A stretch of DNA of 62,506 nucleotides, the filler included. It is 6 parts of 6 records of this genome, joined end to end, with 100 filler letters (N's around TTAATTAATTAA, not from the genome) between each part and the next. Parts side by side here need not be neighbours in the genome. Positions count along the whole stretch, not along the records: positions 19,395 to 38,404 come from SRR31156797_1759; positions 38,505 to 45,000 come from SRR31156797_1761; 4 more parts are not named here. The stretch is one strand, 5' to 3'. Both the position numbers and the translations under genes were made by a program. Positions 31,088 through 40,202 of the stretch are shown here, piece by piece. The notes under the pieces are model-generated. The model was not told where the DNA came from. It did no database searches and worked only from the letters and a program-made list of their open reading frames with translations. Numbering within the stretch: position 1 is the first letter of the stretch; every line of letters begins with the position of its first letter.

Positions 31088-32135
31088 TCTGTTCTCCACC
31101 CAAATAACTTTCAAATTCAAATTTGCTCATATTAAAAGCTTCCTCATCTAATTTCATTATAGCTTGTTTCATAATTTCATCGTCAACTGATATTTTATTA
31201 ACTTTTGTAACTTCTTCAATAAGTTTTAAAGGATCAAGTTTATACTTTGCCGAATATTTATGAATATATTCCATGTAACTCGAATGAAAGTCATAATATC
31301 CTGATACTATATCTAATTCTCGTAACCCTTTGCTGTGAATTAATGGTTTTATTAACTCATTTCCTGTTTTTATTATCTTATCAAGGTTTATATCTAGATC
31401 AAACCCACTTTTTAACAAAACTGCTAAGAGTAATTCTGTTTGGGCATTTCCTGCACTTCTTCCTAACCCTTGTAGTGAAGAGTCTAATAAATCCATCCCT
31501 AATTCCGCACAATAAAAACTATTTGCAACAGCCATTCCTAAATTATTGTGTCCATGGAAACCTACCTTAATATCTGAAATTTCCTTTATTGAATCAAAAT
31601 ATCGCCTTATCTGCTCTGGGAGCATTCCACCTGCTGAATCAACTATATAAACTGTATCCGCTCCATACTCTTCTGTTTTTTTTACATTTTTAGCAAAAGA
31701 TTTTGGGTCAAGTGCATATGATTTCATATAATTAGCCATTACTTCCATCCCCAAATCTTTTGCCTTCCTAATAAACTCTTTTGAATCTTCTATTTGGTTT
31801 ACATTTGTTCCTATTCTTATAAAATCCATTTTGTATTTTGCAGCAAGCTCAATATCTTCAAGCGTTGCAATTCCTGGAATACAAAACATTCCAAATTTTG
31901 AATTTCTTATTGTATTACTTGCTGCTTCAAGATATTCCTCATCAGTTTGAAGAGCCTTTCCATTAAATTTACTTCCACCTAATCCCATACCATGTCCAAT
32001 TTCGATATATTCTATTCCTGAGCTTTCTAACTCTTTAACTAAATTTACTACATCTAATACTGAGAATTTGAAATTTATTGCATAGCTTCCATCTCTTAAT
32101 GTTGTGTCGAGTATTTTCAGTTTATTTTTCATCAT
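31074..32135 (-). CDS. DRE-TIM/HMGL-like aldolase (4-hydroxy-2-oxovalerate aldolase-like)
   Basis: DTTLRDGS, IEIGHG.G, VDSAG, GFHGHNNLG.AVAN, GLGRSAGN; start moved to just after the neuB stop. Confidence 0.88.
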   Translation of the reverse strand: MMKNKLKILDTTLRDGSYAINFKFSVLDVVNLVKELESSGIEYIEIGHGMGLGGSKFNGKALQTDEEYLEAASNTIRNSKFGMFCIPGIATLEDIELAAKYKMDFIRIGTNVNQIEDSKEFIRKAKDLGMEVMANYMKSYALDPKSFAKNVKKTEEYGADTVYIVDSAGGMLPEQIRRYFDSIKEISDIKVGFHGHNNLGMAVANSFYCAELGMDLLDSSLQGLGRSAGNAQTELLLAVLLKSGFDLDINLDKIIKTGNELIKPLIHSKGLRELDIVSGYYDFHSSYMEYIHKYSAKYKLDPLKLIEEVTKVNKISVDDEIMKQAIMKLDEEAFNMSKFEFESYLGGEQNENK

Positions 32136-32136
32136 T

Positions 32137-33186
32137 TTACTCCATATCTTCCCATTTAAGTAACTCATCATTCAATTTATTTATTTTTAATCTTCTTCCT
32201 ACTACATATTTTACTTCGTCAGGACGGATACCAGTTCCAGGTCTTTTAAAATCTAGATTCTCTAATTTAATTACCTCTCCCGCCTTCATATTTCTATTTA
32301 TAATAATACTTCTTCTAAACTTACTTAACTTAAGTTTTTCATCTTCTGAAACAATTCTTTCAAATGATCCTAATGAATTTACAATATTATCTGATTCTTC
32401 ACAGATAGCTTTTAATTCCATAGGGTCTGCTGATATCAAATGATCCCATCCCGGTAAATCTTTATCTAATGTAAAATGTTTTTCTATTATACAACTTCCT
32501 AAAGCTACTGAAGCAAGTGGAATTGATGTCCCTATTGTATGATCTGAAAATCCAACTGGGTATTTAAAAGCTTTTTGTAACATAGTTATATTATTTAAAT
32601 TAATATCTTCATATTTAGGTGGGTATATTGATATACAATGTAAAATTACGATTTGTTCATTCCCTTCCTTTTCTATTGTTTCAACAGCTTTTTCTATTTC
32701 ACCAATCGTTGACATTCCAGTTGATAAAATCATAGGCTTTCCTTGCTTTGCCATATATTTTAGCAATTCTAAATTGTTAACATCCATTGAAGCAACTTTT
32801 ATAAAAGGAACTTCTAATTTCATTAATAAATCTACTTCTTCTTTAGAAAAAGGCGTTGAACAAAAATCTACTCCAATACTATCACAATATTTTTTTAATT
32901 CAAAATGGTCTTCTTCTGTTAAATAATATTTTTCAACCATTTCTTTTAAAGAACCAAAGTGTTTTTTTGGTGAATCATCATATTTTTGATTTCTATCATA
33001 TTCTTCTTTCGCTATTAAAGACTTTGGTGTCCAAGACTGAAATTTAACTGCATCGGCTCCACAGTCAACTGCACTTTTAATCATTTCTTTTGCTAATTCT
33101 ATATCGCCATTGTGGTTTGCACCTACTTCTGCAATTATATAAGGCTTTCCATAATTTTTTATTTCTTTATTTCCAAATTTAATCAT
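32137..33186 (-). CDS. neuB: N-acylneuraminate/nonulosonate synthase with SAF domain
   Basis: IIAEVGANHNGD, AVKFQ, STPF, STGM, GFSDH, EKHFTLD, KRPGTG; AGGAGG RBS before MIKFG. Confidence 0.95.
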   Translation of the reverse strand: MIKFGNKEIKNYGKPYIIAEVGANHNGDIELAKEMIKSAVDCGADAVKFQSWTPKSLIAKEEYDRNQKYDDSPKKHFGSLKEMVEKYYLTEEDHFELKKYCDSIGVDFCSTPFSKEEVDLLMKLEVPFIKVASMDVNNLELLKYMAKQGKPMILSTGMSTIGEIEKAVETIEKEGNEQIVILHCISIYPPKYEDINLNNITMLQKAFKYPVGFSDHTIGTSIPLASVALGSCIIEKHFTLDKDLPGWDHLISADPMELKAICEESDNIVNSLGSFERIVSEDEKLKLSKFRRSIIINRNMKAGEVIKLENLDFKRPGTGIRPDEVKYVVGRRLKINKLNDELLKWEDME

Positions 33187-34055
33187 TTTAAAAATCCTCC
33201 TACTTCGTCTAAAGTTTTTATATTTTCCCACCAAAATACATTTTCATGAAAATTTTCATTAATTAATTTTATATAATCTTCTTTAAATTCTGTATCTTTT
33301 AATTTTATCTCTAATTCCTCTATTTTTTTATATAAAACTTCAAAATCACTACTAATATCTGACATTATTTTATAATGTGCTTTCTTAACTTTGATTCCAA
33401 TATCTATTTTTTTTTCATTTAGTATATTTGTATTACCAGCAATATTATTTTCATAAATCCTATAATAGGTTATAGTATCTACTTTTTTTCCTTTAAACCC
33501 GTTATTTAATATATAGCTATGCATATACCAATCAAAAGCTATAATATCATCATTTATTTTAAAATCTTTCCATATTTCTTTTGTTAATTTTAAATTGATA
33601 GTAGTATGAGACATCCCTAAAAAATTACATTTTTCTAATTCTGAAATATTACTGACTTCATTTGGTAAATTTCCCTTATAAAAATCTTCTTTTTCTTTCA
33701 AAGTATATAAGTTATTATAATAAAATCCATATTTCCCATTTGTTTTTTCATATTCTTCAATTATTTTCTCTATTCTATTTTCTTTCATTACATCGTCTGC
33801 ATCACAAAATATAAGCAGATCGTAGTTATTTTCGATTGCTTTCTCAATTGTAAATTTTCTTAAAGATGATATACTTAAATTATTTTTATTTTCTTTAATT
33901 TGACCATTATAATTATAATTTCTAATATCTTCTTTAAATTTATCTAGATATACTAAAAAATCACATTTCATACTTTGTTTGTTCAATGAATAAAAAAAAT
34001 CACTTAAATATTTTTTTATTAAGGGATAAACATAGCTAACTATCAAAATTTTCAT
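33183..34055 (-). CDS. GT-A fold (GT2-like) protein of unknown role
   Basis: IFCDADD, DW, YYRIY..NIAG; located between neuD-like and neuB. Confidence 0.65.
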   Translation of the reverse strand: MKILIVSYVYPLIKKYLSDFFYSLNKQSMKCDFLVYLDKFKEDIRNYNYNGQIKENKNNLSISSLRKFTIEKAIENNYDLLIFCDADDVMKENRIEKIIEEYEKTNGKYGFYYNNLYTLKEKEDFYKGNLPNEVSNISELEKCNFLGMSHTTINLKLTKEIWKDFKINDDIIAFDWYMHSYILNNGFKGKKVDTITYYRIYENNIAGNTNILNEKKIDIGIKVKKAHYKIMSDISSDFEVLYKKIEELEIKLKDTEFKEDYIKLINENFHENVFWWENIKTLDEVGGFLK

Positions 34056-34684
34056 ATTTTATCTATCTCCCTACATGGGTTTCCATAAGCTTTTATATTA
34101 TGCGAAATATTTTTTACAACAACGCTCCCAGCACCAATTACACTATGCTCTCCTATTCTTATCCCCTGAATTATAATACTGCCTATTCCAATCCAAGTGC
34201 TTTTTCCTATTCTTACATTTCCACCAAAAGTAGCCTTTGGAGATATATGTACATAATCACTAATTTCATTGTCATGTTCTATAGTTGAAGAGCTATTTAT
34301 TATACAATGTTTTCCTATTATAGTATAACTATTAATAACAACACCTGGCATAACAACTGTTCCTTCTCCTATTTTTACTTCATTTCCTATTATTGCACTT
34401 GGAGAAATTAAAGTTATATATTGGCAATCATAAGAGCTCGATATCCTCTCTCTTATTTGATTATTACCAATAGCAATTATAAAGTAGTTATTTTTATTTT
34501 TTTTTAGCTTGTTTATCATTTCTGTTTTACCTATTATCGGAAATTCAAAAATACTTTCTTTTGAACTATCATCTAAAAAGCCTACTAAATTAATATTATC
34601 ATTCAATAATTTTTTTCTATTTAAAATTATATCAGCTACTACTTTTGCATGCCCTCCAGCACCAATAATATAAATATTTTTCAT
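34052..34684 (-). CDS. NeuD/PglD-type sugar acetyltransferase
   Basis: IIGAGGHAKV, AIGNN..R, EHD, hexapeptide repeats, GNPCR. Confidence 0.93.
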   Translation of the reverse strand: MKNIYIIGAGGHAKVVADIILNRKKLLNDNINLVGFLDDSSKESIFEFPIIGKTEMINKLKKNKNNYFIIAIGNNQIRERISSSYDCQYITLISPSAIIGNEVKIGEGTVVMPGVVINSYTIIGKHCIINSSSTIEHDNEISDYVHISPKATFGGNVRIGKSTWIGIGSIIIQGIRIGEHSVIGAGSVVVKNISHNIKAYGNPCREIDKI

Positions 34685-34691
34685 ATAAAAC

Positions 34692-36191
34692 CTACTTTTT
34701 AAATTGATTTAATTTCTCAATTACTTGTCTTATTTGCTCTTTTGTCAAATTAGTACTACAAGGGATATTAATTAAATTATCAACATAGTATTTAGCTTTT
34801 TCTATTTTATAAGTTTCATATTCTTTTAATGGTTTTTGATCACTCATCAGTCCCCAAAGCGGTCTACTTTGAATTCCACACTCATTTAATTTTATTAACA
34901 ATTCATCTCTATCTATTCCGTATTCACCCTTATTCACCATCAGAGAATAAAACCAATAATTAGACCTAATTCCTTTATTAAACTTAATTAATTCTAATCC
35001 ATTTATTTTTTCAATTTCATTTTTATATAATTCATAATTACCTTTTTTTATTTTTACAAATTCTTCTAATTTATCCATTTGGCTTACACCAAAAGCGGCG
35101 GCTATATTAGTAAGTCTATAATTATACCCTATTTCATCATGTTTAAAATATAATGGATCTGTTTTTGCTTGTACTGAAAGAAATCTTGCTTCTTTCAATA
35201 ATTCTTCATTATTTGAAACAATCATTCCACCACCACCAGTGGTTAAAATCTTATTTGCATTAAATGAAAATATCCCTATATCTCCTATTGTTCCAGTATA
35301 TTTACCTTTATATTTTCCTTGTGTATAAAAACTTCCAAGAGATTCTGCTGCATCTTCCAATACTTTTAAATTATATTTATCTGCAATTTTCATTACCTTT
35401 TCCATATTAATCGGATTCCCAAATATATGGACTACAGCAATTGCTTTGATAATTTTTCCACTATTTTTATTTTTTAAACCTTTCTCAGTTTTTTCTGTAT
35501 TATTAGCTAAAAACTCTTCAAGTTTATCAAGATCCATATTCAAAGTGTCATCGCAATCTATAAATATTGGATTTGCACCTATATACATCGCAGGATTTAC
35601 TGTGGCGATAAAAGTAACTGTAGGCATTATTACTTCATCATCTCTTTCTACACCAAGAAGTCTATAAGCAACATGAAGTCCCGCACTTCCACTTTGTACT
35701 CCTACCGCTTCTTTTACTCCAACATATTTTGCTACTTTTTCTTCAAATTCTGTTATAAACCTTCCTCCAGTAGATACCCAACCTGTTTCTATACATTCCT
35801 CTATCATAGGCAGTATATCCTTTGAAAGATTTGGTACTGATAATGGTATATTAAGTTCTCTTGTTTGACTCATGAAATTTCTATTAAGTTTTATTTCTTC
35901 ATCTTCTGGTAAAAAATCTACCTCAATTCCAAAACTTGAAGCATCACTTCTTATCTTTTCTTTTTCATTATATCCCATTTGTGTTGTAGCAACTATAATT
36001 AGATCTACTTCATTATTCTTTAAAAAGCTTTTTAATTTATTATGACTTCCAAAAACAATTTTACCTTCTATTCTTAAACCAAATTTTTTTTCATCATTAT
36101 CTAAAAAACCTATTACTTCATTTGATATTTTATTTTCGCGCAACACTTTAATTCCAGCCGAACCAGCTCCAATTATAAGTATTTTTTTCAT
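34692..36191 (-). CDS. legC: LegC-type aminotransferase with an extra N-terminal Rossmann-like (CoA-binding) domain
   Basis: From about residue 115: IPLSVPN, GWVS, EDAAESLG, SFNANKILTTGGGG, GYNYR; N-terminus ILIIGAG.AG..IGFLD.D..K.G..IEG..V.G. Confidence 0.85.
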   Translation of the reverse strand: MKKILIIGAGSAGIKVLRENKISNEVIGFLDNDEKKFGLRIEGKIVFGSHNKLKSFLKNNEVDLIIVATTQMGYNEKEKIRSDASSFGIEVDFLPEDEEIKLNRNFMSQTRELNIPLSVPNLSKDILPMIEECIETGWVSTGGRFITEFEEKVAKYVGVKEAVGVQSGSAGLHVAYRLLGVERDDEVIMPTVTFIATVNPAMYIGANPIFIDCDDTLNMDLDKLEEFLANNTEKTEKGLKNKNSGKIIKAIAVVHIFGNPINMEKVMKIADKYNLKVLEDAAESLGSFYTQGKYKGKYTGTIGDIGIFSFNANKILTTGGGGMIVSNNEELLKEARFLSVQAKTDPLYFKHDEIGYNYRLTNIAAAFGVSQMDKLEEFVKIKKGNYELYKNEIEKINGLELIKFNKGIRSNYWFYSLMVNKGEYGIDRDELLIKLNECGIQSRPLWGLMSDQKPLKEYETYKIEKAKYYVDNLINIPCSTNLTKEQIRQVIEKLNQFKK

Positions 36192-36471
36192 AAATATCCC
36201 CCCCTATGTTTAGGATTTATTTTGCACTTCTAATTTATAGAATGCTTTAAATCTAATGTATCTTTAATATTGTGTTCCTTCTCTTTTTGAACTTTGATTT
36301 TATTGGGATAAATAAACACCACATTCAAAGCGAAAGGCAATGAGACAGTGTGTATTTTAAAGTTTTTCTTCTATTTTTTTCGAACAATTAAAACTACAAA
36401 ATATTCTTACATTTGTGACAAGTGATTTCAGTGCCTGAACGTTAGTAATTGAAAATGCTTATTATGATTTA

Positions 36472-37143
36472 TTAATATAATTTTGATGATTCTATTAACT
36501 CTTTATGCTTTTCTAATAATTCACTTTCTTTAACTATATCTTCATTTTTAACTTTATTTATTATTTTCAACAAAGTTGCTATCATTATCCAAATGTCTCC
36601 AAAAAAACTTTGATTCTTAATATAGTATCTATTTAATTCGATTTTATATGGCATAATTTGTTCTATATAATACCTTTCTGGATTTTCAACTTGGTTCATT
36701 AAATATTCTTCATCGGAAAAAACTATACTTGCCGGTGAAGATATTCCACTTCTTACCTGAAATATTTCTTTTTGATCATTTGTATAATATTGTAATCTTC
36801 TTGGTAGCTCCGGTCTAGGACCAACAAAAGACATCTGACCCATTATTATGTTAAAAAATTGAGGTATTTCATCTAATTTAGTTTTTCTAATAAATTTACC
36901 AATAGAAGTTACAGCAGAACTGTTGCCTTTTGTTTGTATTCCTTTTTTATCTTTATCATAATCCATTCTCATACTTCGAAATTTATATATTTCAAACTCT
37001 CTCATTCCTATTGTTAATCTTTTTTGTTTAAATAACACAGGTCCTTTCGAAGTACATTTTATTAAAACTGCTACTAACAACATTATTGGCCAAGTTAAAA
37101 TTATTCCTATTAATGCAATAATAAAATCAAATACTCTTTTCAT
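36472..37143 (-). CDS. priming sugar (phosphoglycosyl) transferase
   Basis: MKRVFD, KFRSM, KLDEIPQ, MSFVGPRPE; AAGGAG RBS. Confidence 0.93.
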   Translation of the reverse strand: MKRVFDFIIALIGIILTWPIMLLVAVLIKCTSKGPVLFKQKRLTIGMREFEIYKFRSMRMDYDKDKKGIQTKGNSSAVTSIGKFIRKTKLDEIPQFFNIIMGQMSFVGPRPELPRRLQYYTNDQKEIFQVRSGISSPASIVFSDEEYLMNQVENPERYYIEQIMPYKIELNRYYIKNQSFFGDIWIMIATLLKIINKVKNEDIVKESELLEKHKELIESSKLY

Positions 37144-37429
37144 TTTACTCCTTTAATATATTCTTTTTTCATAATTAATCATTTAGAATATTAATATAAT
37201 TAATTCTCTTCCCAACGATTTCCTTCTCATATTTAACATCCCATAAATAAACTATTTCATTAGAAATTTCATGAAAATACAATAATTTATTTATGCATTT
37301 ATATTTTATTTTTTTAGACTTCAATATTTTTTTTATTATTTCATCATTTTCACCAAATAATACTATTTCATGATTTTTTTCTATATGCTTACCTATTATT
37401 TTTTCAAATTTACAATTAATTTCTTTAAT

Positions 37430-38245
37430 TATAATGAACTGCAGAAATAATCACTCGATCTATTGTTATTAATTGAAAAACAGGTCATAATATTAGTGGG
37501 TGCTTCTTATGAAAATTTTATATCCAGATTTATTGAAAAAATGTATTGTTGAAGAAAAAAATCCAAAGATAAAAATTAAACTCTTATGTTTAAACGCTGT
37601 TTCTAATGGCATCAAAGTTAGAGAAGTTGCTTCAACATTTGATGTCCCTAAACGTACTATTTCTGATTGGAAAAAATATTGGAATGATAACCAATATGAA
37701 GGTTTAGTTCCTACTAAACAACCAGGTAGACCATCAAGACTAAAACCTGAACAATTTAAAGAGTTAAAAAAGTTATTAATAACTCTAAACAAATATTCAC
37801 TACAAAAGATGTTAGAATGTTAATCCAAGAGAAATATGGTGTTCTTTTTTCAATGAATTACGTTGAAAGAATATTAAGGGAAAAATTTAACTTCACTCAT
37901 AAAAAACCATATATTATTCCTTCTAACCCCCCTGAAAATGCAGAAGAAATTCTTGAAGAAAGATTAAAAGCAACAATAAATCATTTAAAACAAAATTCTA
38001 ACTTTGATGTAAGAAAATTAGCAATAGGTTTTATTGATGAAAGTAGTTGTCAGAACACTTCAAATAGTGTTAAGTTATGGAGTTCGATAAAGAATCCAAA
38101 GTTAGTTAAAAATCCAGAAAAACTAAAAGCAAATACAATCGGTTATTATAGCATTATTGGTAATAGTACCGGAGAAATCATAGAAGATTCTACTAAAGAA
38201 ACATTAAGTAAATTTTTAACTAAAATTAGAGATAAAAATACCGAG
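37430..38245 (+). mobile_element. truncated IS630-family element (ORFs 37500-37823 and 37817-38317 joined by a -1 frameshift); boundaries approximate
   Basis: HTH with W...W...Y.GL...PGRP.RL; winged-helix-like FTTKDV..LI.EKYGV; first catalytic Asp in GFIDES; A_AAA_AAG at 37766-37772; second D and E motifs absent. Confidence 0.85.
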
Positions 38246-38332
38246 TTTGATAATAAGTCAATAATTTCTATTTCTGTAACTCTACTACTCATAATTTTCA
38301 CTCACCATCTTGTTTAATAATTGAACGATAAT

Positions 38333-38361
38333 ATTCTAATTCGTTTTATAAATTAAGTCAA
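38333..38361 (-). promoter_or_regulatory. sigma70-type promoter pointing into the cluster
   Basis: TTGACT-17 nt-TAGAAT on the minus strand, followed by an RBS-like TGGTGAG and ATG at 38292. Confidence 0.6.
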
Positions 38362-38376
38362 GATTTTTATAATTTT

Positions 38377-38404
38377 TGTAACTACTCAGGCATCTATATA
38401 GTGT
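38377..38404. mobile_element. putative IS terminus (terminal inverted repeat) at right end of contig C
   Basis: TGTAACTACTCAGGCAT, reverse complement of 19409-19425; contig ends 11 nt later. Confidence 0.7.
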
Positions 38405-38504
38405 NNNNNNNNNNNNNNNNNNNNNNNNNNNNNNNNNNNNNNNNNNNNTTAATTAATTAANNNNNNNNNNNNNNNNNNNNNNNNNNNNNNNNNNNNNNNN
38501 NNNN
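38405..38504. other. artificial contig-joining spacer
   Basis: N44-TTAATTAATTAA-N44. Confidence 0.98.
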
Positions 38505-40130
38505 CATGGCGTTTTGCATCTCAATGGCGCAGGCGATGGCCCGACTGGCCCTGTCCGGCATCTGCTGGGGGGCGCCAAAGATCACCAAAAGCGCGTCGCC
38601 AATGATTTCATTGATGGTGGCATTGTATTTGAGAAGCACATCGACCATTATCTCGAAGTAGGTGTTAAGGATCTGAACAACCTGTTCAGGTTCCAGTCGT
38701 TCGGCAAGAGACGTGAACCCACGAAGATCGGATATCATGATGGTGACGCTCCGTTTTTCACCTCCAAGGTTCACCATGTCAGGGTTTTCCAAAAGCGTGT
38801 TGGTCACCTCTTCAGAGAGGTAACGGCCAAACATTTCCTTGAGGAATCCGGCTCGCATCCGCTCTGAGAGGTCGTGAACAGAAATAAGTACCTTGGCGCA
38901 GGTTTTCTCATATCCCGGCGGTATGGAGGCCTTCATCAGAACCGTGATTTCCTTCCCCGATAACGTCCTGTTGACACACTGGATTTCAAAGGCCTTTCCT
39001 TCCGCAATGGCCAATACCTGCTCTTTCAGGATGTCATGGGATTTGTTCGTCAGGATTTTGTCAAGGTTTTGTGTCATGGCCTCCTTACTGTCGGCCTCAT
39101 AGAGCCTCAAAGTCGATTCGTTCACGTCTAAGATCTTGATCATATCGGTGCAATTCTTGAGTTCCTCAGGATGATCGTTGAAATGCGCTCTGAAATCCTG
39201 AATCCCTTTGTCTTGCAGCCCATCAATATAGATCTTGACCGCTGAAAAATCCTCCTCCCACAGGGACGTGGGAGAATACTCAAACAGGGCGCGATATCGG
39301 TTGCTGTACTCCTCCAGATCTTTACTCATTTCAACAAAACTGGCCCCAAGTACGCCGATTTCGTCTCTGGAACGGATTTCAATGTCAGATGAGATGGAAA
39401 AATCCCCTTTTGAGAGTTTCCTGGCTGATTCGGTGAGGCGGATAAGCGGTTTCGAGAACCTTGATGACAGGATAAAGACGAGCACAAGACATGCCCCGAG
39501 AAAAAGGAGGGACGTCAGGATGGATCGGTAAACCATCCCTTTTATCTCTTGCCGGATCTGTTTGCGGGAGATCTCTATTTCATTTTCAAGGAGCTTCAAG
39601 GTGTAAACGAGCCTAAGCACGCCCCAGGGTTCCGTGCTGATCTGCAGGGGATTCACGATTTCAATGATTGATTCATCTCCCTCCTTGTATGTCATCACCT
39701 CCACCCTGCTCTGATTCAAGGCCCTCTTGTCGCGCACCCCGGTCAGTTGGGTCTGAATGAGATCAGGCCTATGGGTGTCCATGAACACCGCACCGGAGGA
39801 TTCCATCAGAATAGCGTACTTGATTTCCTCGTTGATCTCCGCGCTTTCTTTGAGGGCCTGCATCACCCCGGACAAGTTGAAGGCGGCCAGGTCGTTTTCG
39901 ATCTGCTTGGAAAGATTGATGATAAAGCTCTTTCCGCGCTCTATGAGGTTTGCGCGCATGAGCGCAATCCTCTCGTTCAGTTCCATCTCCAGGATCTTTC
40001 TTTGGCTCGAGATCTGGGCGTAGGACAATATGGTTACCAGAGCGAACACCAGGAGCGTAATAATCCCCATGAGCTTCCACCGGATGCTCCACCTGACGGC
40101 CTTTTGATCCTTTGTCCCTTTTCCCATCAC
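38505..40130 (-). CDS. membrane sensor class III adenylate/guanylate cyclase (TM, periplasmic sensor, TM, HAMP, PAS, cyclase), 3' end cut by contig edge
   Basis: HAMP (KPL..L...A..LSKGDF..DEIG.L), PAS (RYRALFEYSP.SLWEEDFS), cyclase FGRYLS, SDLRGFT..E, IGDA. Confidence 0.93.
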
Positions 40131-40174
40131 TCTGCAATGTCCCTTTTTTTCCGCCTCTATCGCTTATTCATTGG

Positions 40175-40201
40175 AATCGGTGCAATCTGCGAAATCTGCG
40201 G
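40175..40201. repeat. three imperfect tandem 9-mers (AATCGGTGC AATCTGCGA AATCTGCGG)
   Basis: Visible periodicity in the intergenic gap next to the receptor stop codon. Confidence 0.5.
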
Positions 40202-40202
40202 A

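Noticed and set aside
36198-36204. C7/G7 tract as a phase-variation switch for legC
   Set aside because: Short and located where the RBS is expected; no evidence of length variation
36432-36450. GTGCCTGAACGTTAG as a third copy of the contig C terminal repeat
   Set aside because: Only partial similarity with an indel, no partner repeat and no transposase nearby
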